DNA of 64,000 nt from Octopus vulgaris. Its lineage: Eukaryota. The notes below the pieces were generated by a model. The model searched no databases. It saw only the letters and a list, made by a program, of their open reading frames with translations, and had not been told where the DNA came from. Position numbers and translations under genes: made by a program. Location: assembly GCA_951406725.2 (NCBI GenBank), contig OX597827.1, positions 248,001-312,000 of the forward strand. The letters run 5' to 3'. Position 1 is the stretch's first letter, and the number at the start of each line of letters is the position of its first letter. This document shows, one piece after another, positions 1 through 14,096 of the stretch.

Positions 1-54
1 CTTGTTTGTCCTCTCTATGTTTAGCCTCTTGTGGGCAATAAAGAAATAAGAAAC

Positions 55-189
55 TTACTTCCCCAACCACATGATTTTGGGTTGAGTCCCACTGTGTGGC
101 ACCTTGGCCAAGCGTCTTCTACTATAACCTTGGGCTGACGAAAGCCTTGTGAGTGGATTTGGTGCACAAAAACTGAAAGAAGCCTGTCT

Positions 190-220
<31 letters not shown>

Positions 221-430
221 CTGTGTTTGTTCTGTCAACTGCTTGACAACTGGTGTTGGTATGTTCACATCCCTGTAACTTAGTGGTTTAACAAAAAAAA
301 TCAATAAAATACATACTAGGCTTTAAAGAAAAATGTCCTGAGGACTATTTGTTTAACTAAAAGCAGTCAAGGTAGTGCCCCAGCATAGCTGCAGTCAAAT
401 GACTGTAACATGTAAAAGATAAAAGAAAAA
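55..430 (+). mobile_element. tRNA-derived SINE (family A: tRNA-like head, internal TA/TG tract, LINE-like tail)
   Basis: Shares CCCACTGTGTGGCACCTTGG..AAGCCTTGTGAGTGGATTTGGT and the tail TGCCCCAGCAT.GCTGCAGTCAAATGACTG with other copies in the window (18638, 45290, 48358). Boundaries approximate. Confidence 0.7.
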
Positions 431-634
431 AATGCAGATAATTAGTTTATTTCTCATAGAATCCATAGTGACTTTTGGAATGGTAGGGTTTTGATGAACC
501 CCGTGATTCCATGTCTTTTACTACTTCATTGCCAAGTGACTTAACTAATCAACAGAATCTACTACAATTATTACTAGTTACTGCTATTTTGTTTCTCAGT
601 ACTTACATCCATCAGTATAATAACGATCATTTCA

Positions 635-1395
635 GGTGGCGAGCTGGCAAAACTTTTATTGGGTTGTCCGGAAAGTTTGTGCTGATTTATAGTAGCTTAA
701 CTTTTGACTTATTTTAGAAAAATGGTTGAGTCCATAAAATAGGATTTGACTACACCTCCATTTAGAGCACAGTTTAAGCTATCTTTTCGTGGAAGAAGGC
801 TTATGTTCCTATAAACTGTGTTAATTCTGTAACCCTTTAAAATAAAAGATGAGAAAGTTCATTTTCGGCACTTGATGCTTTGGGAACCAGACAAAAATTG
901 CTGCAGCTCGGCTGGGATGTGTTACCCCACCCTCCATATTCACCAGATATTGCTCCTTCGGATTTCCACTTATTCAGGTCTCTGCAGAATAGTCTTAATG
1001 GTAAAAATTTCAATTCCTTGGATGACGTAAAAAGATACCTTGATGAATCCTTTGCCATGAAACCACCTCAATTCTGGGAAGAGGGTATTTTCAAGGTAAA
1101 GGAAACATGGAGATGCATTGTGCAACAAAATGGTTCATATTTAGTTGATTAAAAATTCAATGGCAAGTATTTATTGACCATTTTCTTTCCTTTAAAAATC
1201 AGCATGAACTTTCCGGACAACCCAATAGAATGCTGAGCAAAATGCTCAGTAGCATTTTGTCCATTGTTATGTTCTGCATTCAAATTCCACTGAGGTTGAC
1301 TTTGTCTTTCATCCTATGAACACTGGGGCTGATATTATCAACTTAGCCCCTCCCACAAACTTACTAACCATGTGCCAAAATTTGAAACCAATATA
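635..1395 (+). mobile_element. SINE (family C) split by a mariner insertion
   Basis: GGTGGCGAGCTGGCAAAACTT before 657 continues as GAATGCTGAGCAAAATGCTCAG..TTCAAATTCCACTGAGGTTGACTTTG after 1227. An uninterrupted relative lies at 51710-51895. Confidence 0.6.
659..1225 (+). mobile_element. Internally deleted mariner DNA transposon
   Basis: TIRs TTGGGTTGTCCGGAAAGTT.. and ..AACTTTCCGGACAACCCAA, flanked by TA at 657-658 and 1226-1227. ORF 880-1152 has the mariner C-terminal motif HPPYSPDIAPSDFHLF. Confidence 0.9.
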
Positions 1396-1714
1396 ATAAT
1401 GACCATTTACCACATTGTCAGCAATGTTCATCTATTCTGTAACATTATCTTCAGTTATTGTGGATGCAAGACCCACAGCAATAGGTTTATAAGCAAATTG
1501 AAAGTAATTAAGTATAATCATTTTTTTTCTTTTAAAACCCTACTTATAGGTGCTGGCATGGCTCTGCGGTTAAGAGGCTTAACTTGCAACCATGTGGTTT
1601 TTTGTTTATTGTCAATGGTCAGCACCTTGGGCAAGTGTCTTTTACTATAGCCCTAAATCAACCAGTACTTTGTGAGAGAATTTGGTAGAGGCAACTGTGT
1701 GGTTGGCTGTCATA

Positions 1715-3190
1715 GTTAGTGACTTTAGGATCAGGACTAAGAGGATGACCAACATGGAGAAGAAGGATCTGGAAGCTTAAAAATCCTGCGAATGGACAGA
1801 GATTTAGGAACATCTTACTTGAAGCCGTTGACGAGGTAGAAGGGGATATAGCTTCACATGGGGTAGAAGACAACTGGAGGTCTCTAAGGGACAACCTGCT
1901 GAGAGCCACTGACCAGATCTGTGGCTGATGCAAAGTCCCCCTCTCGACCCAAAATAATGTGATGGTGGAACAATGTTGTAGACAGGGCTATTAGAGAAAA
2001 GAGACAGGCTTGGAAGGACTGGAGAAATGGTGGTAGCAGGGAATTGTATCAGACTACCAAAAGAGAAGCTAGGAGACAGGTTTATTTAGCCAGAGGGGAA
2101 GCAGATAAGAAAAAATTTGCCAATGTTCTGCGCCGTGAGGACCAAAGACTTGAGGTATTCCGTGTTGCAAGACAGTGTGTGAGAGAGAATTGTGATGTGG
2201 TAGGAGAGAAATGTGTCTGCATGGATGATGGCTCACTTGCGCTGAATGAGGATGTAAAGAGAGAGGTAGGGAGACACCATTATGAGAGGAAGCTAAATAA
2301 GGAAAATGAATGGGATAAAGAGAGTCTGCCGAATGTCGACCCAACAGAGGGACCAGCTATCAGAGTTGACAGTTCCTTAGTAGTTAAGAATTAGAAGCAT
2401 GAAGACAGGGAAAGCTCCAGGCCCATCTGGAATTACTGCAGAGATGCTTAAAATATCTGGTAGTGTCAGCTATAGACTAGTCACCCGTATAGTTAACCAG
2501 GTGATACACGAAGGAGTCATACCCAATGACTGGTGTAGTAGCATAATAGTCAACTGCTACAAAGGTAAAGGTGACGCTTTAGATACAAATAATTACAGAA
2601 GTATCAAGCTTTTGGATCAGGTAATGAAGGTTACGGAGAGGGTCATAGCCCAACTGATTAGGGAGAGAGTCAGCTTGGATGAGATGCAGTTTGGTTTTGT
2701 ACCAGGGAAAAGCACACAAACCCTACTTGTGAAGACCTGTTGAGGCAAGTGAAAATCAAAATCAAAATCAAAATCGATCAAAAATCAATGAAAATTGTAG
2801 CTGTGATACCAGTGCTGGTGGCACGTAAGAGAACCATCCGAACGTGGCCGTTTCTAGTGCCGCACCCACTGGCCTCCGTGCCGGTGGCATGTAAAATGCT
2901 CCATCCGATTGTGGCCGTTGCCAGCCTCATCTGGCCCCCATGCCGGTGGCACGTAAAAAGCACCATCCGATCGTGACCATTTGCCAGCCTCATCTGGCAC
3001 CTGTGCATGTGGCACGTAAAAAGCACCCACTACACTCACGGAGTGGTTGGCGTTAAGAAGGGCATCCAGCCGTAGAGACACTGCCAGATCAGAGTGGGCT
3101 TGGCGCAGCCTTCTGGCTTCCCAAACCCCAGTTGAACCATCCAACCATGCTAGCATAGAAAACGGACGTTAAACGATGATGATGATGATG
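1715..3190 (+). mobile_element. RTE-clade LINE, 5'-truncated and internally deleted, with VNTR-containing 3' UTR and (GAT)n tail
   Basis: ORFs 2044-2394 and 2399-2743 (KAPGPSGITAEMLK, YKGKGDALDTNNYRSIKLL, QFGFVPGKST) break off near 2720 into the 3' UTR repeat ending CCATGCTAGCAT..GGACGTTAAACGATGATGATG. Confidence 0.8.
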
Positions 3191-3318
3191 ATATATATAT
3201 ATATATATATATACACATTTATATATGTATGTGTATATATATATATACACATTTATATATGTATGTGTATATATATATACATACATATAATATGTACATA
3301 TATATATATATATATATA

Positions 3319-6212
3319 AATTTATAAAAATATGGTAAAGTAAAAAAATTCACTTTACCGCACACCGAACTTTTCAGAAATAGCAGCCAAAAATTTGGCT
3401 ATTTCTTCAACTGCAAGTAAAAATCTCCAGACAATGCATACTCAGAAAATAACTCACATAGGTATAAGGGAAAAACAATGAAAGATCACATCCATATAAG
3501 ATACCCGAGAACAGCCTGTTTCTGGATTCGTGGGTTAAACGCCACTTTTCCTTCATCAGCTCAGAGATTTCTTCTGATTTGGATTTGAAAATACTAAGAA
3601 CCAAACATACCCATCCGATATCTGTAACATCGGACAAACTATGCTGGACACCCAGTACTAGCGAATCCAAAAATACAAATGAGATCTATTATTCTCCCTG
3701 TCCACCCACGTGAGTCATAGAGTAGTGCATTTCTACAGAGGCGAAAACTGTAGTTCAAATTCTTGGAGAGAAAGCATTATATTGTCAGTAAAAAAGGGTA
3801 GAATTAATTAATTGTTAATCAATTCGACCAAGCAGTATTCGGTATGTAAAAGGACCATTTACGGTATATTTGAAGTATTAATTTATAAAAATATGGTAAA
3901 GTAAAAAAATTTACTTTACCGCACACCGAACTTTTCAGAAATAGCAGCCAAAAATTTGGCTATTTCTTCAACTGCAAGTAAAAGTCTCCAGACAATGCAT
4001 ACTCAGAAAATAACTCACATAGGTATAAGGGAAAAACAATGAAAGATCACATCCATATAAGATACCCGAGAACAGCCTGTTTCTGGATTCGTGGGTTAAA
4101 CGCCACTTTTCCTTCATCAGCTTAGAGATTTCTTCTGATTTGGATTTGAAAATACTAAGAACCAAACATACCCATCCGATATCTGTAACATCGGACAAAC
4201 TATGCTGGACACCCAGTACTAGCGAATCCAAAAATACAAATGAGATCTATTATTCTCCCTGTCCACCCACGTGAGTCATAGAGTAGTGCATTTCTACAGA
4301 GGCGAAAACTGTAGTTCAAATTCTTGGAGAGAAAGCATTATATTGTCAGTAAAAAAGGGTAGAATTAATTAATTGTTAATCAATTCGACCAAGCAGTATT
4401 CGGTATGTAAAAGGACCATTTACGGTATATTTGAAGTATTAATTTATAAAAATATGGTAAAGTAAAAAAATTCACTTTACCGCACACCGAACTTTTCAGA
4501 AATAGCAGCCAAAAATTTGGCTATTTCTTCAACTGCAAGTAAAAGTCTCCAGACAATGCATACTCAGAAAATAACTCACATAGGTATAAGGGAAAAACAA
4601 TGAAAGATCACATCCATATAAGATACCCGAGAACAGCCTGTTTCTGGATTCGTGGGTTAAACGCCACTTTTCCTTCATCAGCTTAGAGATTTCTTCTGAT
4701 TTGGATTTGAAAATACTAAGAACCAAACATACCCATCCGATATCTGTAACATCGGACAAACTATGCTGGACACCCAGTACTAGCGAATCCAAAAATACAA
4801 ATGAGATCTATTATTCTCCCTGTCCACCCACGTGAGTCATAGAGTAGTGCATTTCTACAGAGGCGAAAACTGTAGTTCAAATTCTTGGAGAGAAAGCATT
4901 ATATTGTCAGTAAAAAAGGGTAGAATTAATTAATTGTTAATCAATTTGACCAAGCAGTATTCGGTATGTAAAAGGACCATTTACGGTATATTTGAAGTAT
5001 TAATTTATAAAAATATGGTAAAGTAAAAAAATTCACTTTACCGCACACCGAACTTTTCAGAAATAGCAGCCAAAAATTTGGCTATTTCTTCAACTGCAAG
5101 TAAAAGTCTCCAGACAATGCATACTCAGAAAATAACTCACATAGGTATAAGGGAAAAACAATGAAAGATCACATCCATATAAGATACCCGAGAACAGCCT
5201 GTTTCTGGATTCGTGGGTTAAACGCCACTTTTCCTTCATCAGCTTAGAGATTTCTTCTGATTTGGATTTGAAAATACTAAGAACCAAACATACCCATCCG
5301 ATATCTGTAACATCGGACAAACTATGCTGGACACCCAGTACTAGCGAATCCAAAAATACAAATGAGATCTATTATTCTCCCTGTCCACCCACGTGAGTCA
5401 TAGAGTAGTGCATTTCTACAGAGGCGAAAACTGTAGTTCAAATTCTTGGAGAGAAAGCATTATATTGTCAGTAAAAAAGGGTAGAATTAATTAATTGTTA
5501 ATCAATTCGACCAAGCAGTATTCGGTATGTAAAAGGACCATTTACGGTATATTTGAAGTATTAATTTATAAAAATATGGTAAAGTAAAAAAATTCACTTT
5601 ACCGCACACCGAACTTTTCAGAAATAGCAGCCAAAAATTTGGCTATTTCTTCAACTGCAAGTAAAAGTCTCCAGACAATGCATACTCAGAAAATAACTCA
5701 CATAGGTATAAGGGAAAAACAATGAAAGATCACATCCATATAAGATACCCGAGAACAGCCTGTTTCTGGATTCGTGGGTTAAACGCCACTTTTCCTTCAT
5801 CAGCTTAGAGATTTCTTCTGATTTGGATTTGAAAATACTAAGAACCAAACATACCCATCCGATATCTGTAACATCGGACAAACTATGCTGGACACCCAGT
5901 ACTAGCGAATCCAAAAATACAAATGAGATCTATTATTCTCCCTGTCCACCCACGTGAGTCATAGAGTAGTGCATTTCTACAGAGGCGAAAACTGTAGTTC
6001 AAATTCTTGGAGAGAAAGCATTATATTGTCAGTAAAAAAGGGTAGAATTAATTAATTGTTAATCAATTTGACCAAGCAGTATTCGGTATGTAAAAGGACC
6101 ATTTACGGTATATTTGAAGTATTAATTTATAAAAATATGGTAAAGTAAAAAAATTCACTTTACCGCACACCGAACTTTTCAGAAATAGCAGCCAAAAATT
6201 TGGCTATTTCTT

Positions 6213-6216
<4 letters not shown>
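3319..6216 (-). repeat. Head-to-tail tandem array of a 561-bp unit (5 full copies + 93 bp), one hammerhead-like motif per unit; retrozyme-like
   Basis: Exact 561-bp periodicity (unit starts 3319, 3880, 4441, 5002, 5563, 6124), only a few substitutions between units, (TA)n on both sides. Confidence 0.95.
3504..3565 (-). ncRNA. Type I hammerhead ribozyme-like motif (repeated at 4065-4126, 4626-4687, 5187-5248, 5748-5809)
   Basis: Minus strand: TCTGAG-CTGATGA-A-GGA.AAA.GTGG[CGTTTAAC]CCAC.GAA.TCC-A-GAAA-CAG-G-CTG-TT-CTCGGG. Core boxes intact; stems I, II and III can be formed by eye. Confidence 0.65.
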
Positions 6217-6269
<53 letters not shown>

Positions 6270-6282
6270 TGTACATATATAT

Positions 6283-7489
<1,207 letters not shown>

Positions 7490-7490
<1 letters not shown>

Positions 7491-10253
7491 TTAAGCAACT
7501 TGATGTAGTTGTGTGTGCTACATATCGCCCTCCAGATCCCCCAAGCCATATAGGCAAGTTTGAAGACTGCCTTATAAAAATAGAAGAAATTCTAACCACA
7601 TTAGAACAACACATAGGTGTGCTTCTTATGGGAGACTTCAATCTGCCCAATGTCAGATGGCCCGAGGGCCTTTCTCTCCCAGGAATGACAAGATGTGAAC
7701 GAGGACAGGCGAGGTCCCTCCTGAACCTCATCAACACCCTGTACATGGAGCAGGTAATACTCCAACCAACCAGGGCAGGTAACACACTGGATCTCTGCTT
7801 CACAAATGACATGGATCTCATCCATAATGTGAAAGTGACACCGACACTACTCTCGGATCACAACATGATAGAGCTGACCATGTACGGGCCAAAAGAGAGC
7901 ACGGACATGCAGCCTACAAGAAACCCTCAAAATCTTTCCAGCTTGAACTACCATAAGGCAAACTGGAAACAAATTGAGAAAGAGATCCTCAAACAAAACT
8001 GGCCTAAATGTCTCTCCTCGCCAAACATCGACGTGAAACTTCAACAATTCATGTCTGTAATGCAAGCCATATGCTACAAATGTGTCCCAGAGAGAAAGGC
8101 CACTGTACACAAGAACAAAATCCCCAGAGAGAGGAAAATTTTAATGAGACAGCGTACGAAATTTTCAAATCGCCTAAACAAACAGATTGAAAGCAGTGAA
8201 AAGTCCCGCCTAAAAATAAAACTGTTGGAAATCGAAAAATGTCTGCAACTTTCCCATGAAAAAGAAAGAGCAGACAAAGAAGCCTGGGCTATAGAAAACA
8301 TAAAATCTAACCCCAGAGCTTTCTACAGGTATGCCAAAGAAACAGCTACAGTGCACTGTAGAATAGGGCCACTCCTCGAAAAGGATGGCACACTTACAGG
8401 AAAACCAATGAGGGTAAGTGAAATACTGAATGAGCAATTCAAGAGTGTTTTCACTCCACCCCTTGGGCATCTCCAAATCACCAATCCAACTGACTTTTTT
8501 ACCACTGCAGATATAAAATCAGAGGCGGCGACGATAGATTACATCGATATAAAGGAAGACGATGTAACCAAGGCTATAGATGAAATGAAAACAGACTCAG
8601 CTACTGGCCCCGATGGATTCCCGGCAATCCTCCTAAAAGCATGTAAGAGAGTCCTAGCAAGACCACTGCAGTTCCTCTTTCAGAGCTTCCTTGCAGCTGG
8701 CAAACTTCCAGGAAAACTGAAGGAAGGTAAAATATGCCCCATTCATAAAGGAGGTAGCAGAGCGGAAGCCAAGAACTATAGACCTATCTCTCTGACCTCA
8801 CACATCAGCAAGGTCATGGAACGAATAGTCAGAAGGAAGCTGATCACCTTCCTTGAAGAGAATGACTTGCTGCCCGACACCCAACATGGTTTCCGACCAG
8901 GGAGAAGCTGTTTAACTCAGCTCCTACAACACTATGACTGGGTGCTGAAACAGCTGCTCAACCACTCAAATGTGGAAGTGATATATCTCGACTTTGCAAA
9001 GGCCTTTGATAAAGTCGATCATGGAATGATATGTCACAAACTGCGTGATCTCAACATAGTTGGAAAACTGGGAGAATGGCTTCATGACTTTCTGAAGGAT
9101 AGAAGTCAGGTGGTAGTAGCCAATGGGGCCACCTCCATTAACACACAAATAGTGAGCGGTGTTCCGCAGGGCACTGTTCTGGGACCACTACTGTTCATAA
9201 TGGCCCTCTCAGACATGCCCTCAGCCACGCAGAGAGCCACGATCACAAGTTATGCAGACGATACAAAAGTTTCACAGGCAATACAGAACCCTGAGGACAC
9301 TAAACACCTGCAATGTGAGCTGGACGAAATATACAAGTGGGCTGAAAAGAATAGCATGCAGTTCAATGCTGGAAAGTTTCAAGCTTTATACTATCAGCAT
9401 GCAAAACTGAATGCAATACCCAATGAATACACTGGACCCGGAGGGATTGCAATCCCAGAGGCACAATCAGTGCGTGACCTGGGTATTCACATGAGTGATG
9501 ACGCGACCTTTCATGTACATGTTGCTAAACTGACAATGAAATGTAGACGGCTGGCTGGATGGATTCTTAGAACCTTTAGAACAAGAGAACAAGAAACCAT
9601 GATGGTCCTCTGGAAGACACTTGTCCTAAGCCACTTTGACTATTGCTCTCAGCTATGGTCACCATCCAGTGTCAAGTTGATCACAGAACTTGAGGCGATC
9701 CAACGAAGCTACACAAAGAAGATAGCCTCTATGCAGAATGTAAGCTACTGGGAAAGACTCAAGAGATTAAAATTATATTCCCTGGAGCGTAGGCGGGAAA
9801 GATATGCCATAATATACATCTGGAAGATCCTGGAGGGAAGTGTCCTGAACTTTGGCATCGAGAGTTACGCAAATGCCAGAACTGGGCGCCACTGCGTGGT
9901 GCCTAGGACTCCAAACCTGCCATCAAGATGTAGGACAAGATTCTGTGATAGCCTGGGCTTCCGAGGCCCACAGCTCTTCAATATCCTCCCGAAGAACCTG
10001 AGAGACCTGCATGGGGTGGATACAGATGTCTTTAAAATGAAGCTGGATCTCTTCCTGTCAGGTGTCCCAGATGAACCAACTTCACGGCAGGAGGGGCAGA
10101 TGAGGGCAGCTGCATCGAACTCTCTCATGCACCAAATAGCAGTTGCTAGAAAGCCTCCATGAAGTGAAACCAAGTAGCAACACCAAATGGCGGTGCCCCA
10201 GCATGGCCACAGCTCATAGGCTGAAACTAGAATCAATCAATCATCAATCAATC
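7490..10253 (+). mobile_element. CR1-group LINE, 5'-truncated, uninterrupted ORF2 (partial AP endonuclease + RT)
   Basis: Open frame to stop at 10162: YRPP, GDFNLP, LDLCFTN, SDHN (APE); [37 protein letters not shown] (RT); SLERRRER. 3' end GGTGCCCCAGCATGGCC..(ATCA)n. Confidence 0.9.
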
Positions 10254-10282
10254 ATATATATATATATGTACATATATATATA

Positions 10283-10332
<50 letters not shown>

Positions 10333-10374
10333 TATATATATATGTACATATATATATATGTACATATATATATA

Positions 10375-10422
<48 letters not shown>

Positions 10423-10459
10423 TATATATATACATATATATATATATGTATATATATAT

Positions 10460-12908
10460 GCACAAACAATATGGATATTATCCATAATGTTAATGTGACA
10501 ATGATCTCGGATCACAACATAATAGAGCTGTCTATGTATGGAACAAAAGGCCCCACAGACACACAGCCTATACGAAGCACCCACCATCTCTCCAACTTAA
10601 ACTTTCATAAAGCCAACTGGAAGTCGATTGAGAAAGAGATCCTCAAACAGGATTGGCCTGAATGTCTCTCCACACCGGACATAAACATGAAACACAAACA
10701 CTTCATGTCCATAATACAAGCCATATGTGACAAATGTGCCATATGTCCCAATGTGCAGGGCCAGCACATACAAGAACAAAAACAGGATCCCTAGAGAAAG
10801 GAGGATTCTTATGAGACGACGGACAAGGATTGCAAACCGCCTGAGCAAGCACACCAAAAGTGGTGAGAAGTCTCGGCTCGAAAGAATGCTAATGGAAACT
10901 GAGAAAAGTCTACATCAGTCCCATGAAAAGGAGAGAGCAGATAAAGAAGCTTGGGTAATAGAAAATATAAAATCAAACCCTAAAGCCTTCTTTAAGTTTG
11001 CCAAAGAGACAGCCACAGTGCACCAGAGAATAGGACCTCTCTTCCAAAAAGATGGCTCTCTCACAGGAAATCCCACGAGGATAAGTGAAATACTGAACGA
11101 ACAGTTCCAAAGTGTGTTCACTACACCTCTAGGACACAGGCAAGTAAACAACCCAGAAGAATTCTTTGCCACTTTACCAGCGGCCAAAGAGACAAAAATT
11201 GAGTACATCAACATCGAAGAAGATGATATCACACTAGCCATTGATGAGATTGACACAAACTCAGCTGCTGGACCTGATGGATTCCCAGCGATCCTTCTCA
11301 AATCGTGCAAACGAGCCCTTGCAAAACCGCTACAGCTTCTTTTTCAGAGCTTTCTTGCAAGTGGTAAGCTCCCAGTCAAACTGAAAGAGGGGGTAATATG
11401 CCCTATCCATAAGGGAGGTAGCAGAGCAGATGCTAAAAATTATAGGCCTATCTCTCTGACCTCACACATCAGCAAAGTCATGGAACGAATAGTCCGTAAG
11501 AAACTAATCATGTTTCTTGAAGAAAATGACTTACTGTCTGACACCCAGCATGGATTTCGACCAGGTAGAGGCTGCCTAACACAGCTCCTGCAACACTATG
11601 ACTGGGTGTTGAAACAGCTACTAAATGGCTCAAATGTGGATGTAATATATCTCGACTTTGCAAAAGCCTTTGATAAAGTCGACCATGGTATGATCTGTCA
11701 CAAACTGCGTGGTCTCGGCATAGGTGGGAAACTTGGAGAGTGGCTGCACAACTTCCTAAAAGACAGAAAACAGGCAGTTGTGAGCAATGGAGCCACCTCC
11801 AAGGAAACGCAAATAATAAGCGGTGTCCCACAGGGCACTGTCTTGGGGCCACTGATGTTCATAGTGGCCCTTTCAGACATGCCTTCAGTTGCTACGATGA
11901 CCACCCTTGCTAGCTATGCAGATGACACAAAAGTCTCCCACGCAATACAAAACCCTGAAAATATTGCGCATCTGCAACATGAGCTGGACACAATATACAG
12001 GTGGGCTGAGGACAACAACATGCAGTTTAATGCAGGTAAGTTCCAGGCCCTGCGCTACTGGCACACAAAGGTAAATGACGTGAAGACTGGATACACTGGC
12101 CCAGGAAGAATTGCAATCCCTGAGTCAAAATCAGTGCGTGACCTGGGCATTGACATGAGCAATGATGCATCTTTCCAAATGCATATTGCTAATCTGGTGA
12201 TAAAATGCAGACGGCTAGCTGGATGGATTCTCCGAACTTTCAGAACAAGAGAGAAGGAGACACTGATGGTCCTATGGAAAACATTTGTCCTCAGCCGCTT
12301 GGACTACTGCTCCCAACTTTGGTCACCACACAATATAAAACAAACAGCAGAACTCGAAGCAACTCAGAGAAGCTACACAAAGAAAATCGTCTCAATGCAA
12401 AATGTTAGCTACTGGGAAAGACTGAAGGTATTAAACCTCTTCTCCCTGGAACGGAGGCGGGAGAGATATGCAGTGATATACATCTGGAAAATCCTGGAGG
12501 GTCTTGTCCCAAACTTTGGCATTCAAAGTTACTCCAACCGCAGAACGGGGCGCCGCTGCGTGGTGCCAAGGATTCCAACATCACCATCAAAATACAGGTC
12601 CAGATACTGCAACAGCTTGGGTTTCAGAGGACCACAGCTCTTTAACATCCTCCCTAAATGCCTGAGAGACTTACATGGTGTGGATGTGGGTTTCTTTAAA
12701 ACTAAACTGGATCTCTTCTTGTTGGGAGTCCCAGATGAACCTACCTCACGACAGGAGACACGGATGCGGGCAGCAGCATCGAACTCCCTTGTTGATCAAG
12801 TGCCACGTATCAGAGGTGGATTCACAAACTAGTGTAGCTCATTCAGCGGTGGTGCCCAAGCATGGCCGCGGCCTTCGGGCTAAAACATTTTTAAGGATTT
12901 AAGGATTT
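10460..12908 (+). mobile_element. CR1-group LINE, second subfamily, 5'-truncated
   Basis: ORF 10727-12832 with intact RT motifs, one frame break near 10740, tail GCATGGCCGCGGCCTTCGGGCTAAAACATTTT(TAAGGATT)2. Confidence 0.9.
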
Positions 12909-12945
12909 ATATATATGTACATATATATATATATATGTACATATA

Positions 12946-12989
<44 letters not shown>

Positions 12990-13087
12990 TATATATGTAC
13001 ATATATATGTACATATATATATATATGTATATATATATATGTACATATATATGTACATATATATATATATGTACATATATATATATA

Positions 13088-13125
<38 letters not shown>

Positions 13126-13173
13126 TATATATATATATATGTACATATATATATATATGTACATATATATATA

Positions 13174-13225
<52 letters not shown>

Positions 13226-13572
13226 TAAATACATATATATATATGTACTATATATATATATATATATGTACATATATATATATATATATATCATCATCAT
13301 CATCATCATCCTCATTTAACGTCCGCTTTCCATGCTAGCATGGGTTGGACGGTTCAACTGGAGTCTGGGGAGCCCGAAGGCTGCACCAGGCCAGTCAGAT
13401 CTGGCAGTGTTTCTACAGCTGGATGCCCTTCCTAACGCCAACCACTCCGAGAGTGTAGTGGGTGATTTTATGTGCCACCGACACAGGTGCCAGACGAGGC
13501 TGGCGAACGCCACGCTCGGATGGTGTTTTTTTTTTTTATGTGCCACCGACACAGGTGCCAGATAGTATGTAC

Positions 13573-13639
<67 letters not shown>

Positions 13640-13655
13640 TATATATATATGTACA

Positions 13656-13687
<32 letters not shown>

Positions 13688-13785
13688 CATATATATACAT
13701 ATATATATATATATGTATATATATGTATATATATATATATGTATATATATGTATATATATGTACATATATATATGTGTATATATA

Positions 13786-13821
<36 letters not shown>

Positions 13822-14044
13822 TATATATATATATATATGTATATATATGTACATATATGTATATATATGTACATATATATATATATATGTATATATATGT
13901 ACATATATATATATATGTATATATGTACATATATATATATATGTATATATATGTACATATATATATATATATATGTATATATATGTACATATATATATGT
14001 GTGTATATATATGTACATATATATATATATGTATATATATGTAC

Positions 14045-14092
<48 letters not shown>
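12909..14092. repeat. (TA)n / TGTACA-interrupted microsatellite, split by an RTE tail
   Basis: Seen directly. Confidence 0.9.
13290..13563 (-). mobile_element. RTE 3'-end fragment with ~2 VNTR units
   Basis: (CAT)n followed by TTTAACGTCCGCTTTCCATGCTAGCATGGG..; TATGTGCCACCGACACAGGTGCCAGA occurs twice. Confidence 0.8.

Positions 14093-14096
<4 letters not shown>

Noticed and set aside
2735-2760. CTGTTGA..GAAA in the RTE 3' UTR as a hammerhead
   Set aside because: No stem II or III pairing.
3407-5914. Five copies of an 87-aa minus-strand ORF
   Set aside because: Non-ATG start and no recognisable domain. It recurs only because the unit is repeated, and it overlaps the hammerhead motif.
3319-6216. 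CRISPR-like array or rDNA/snRNA cluster
   Set aside because: No unique spacers and a eukaryotic context; no 5S, tRNA or snRNA similarity recognised by eye.
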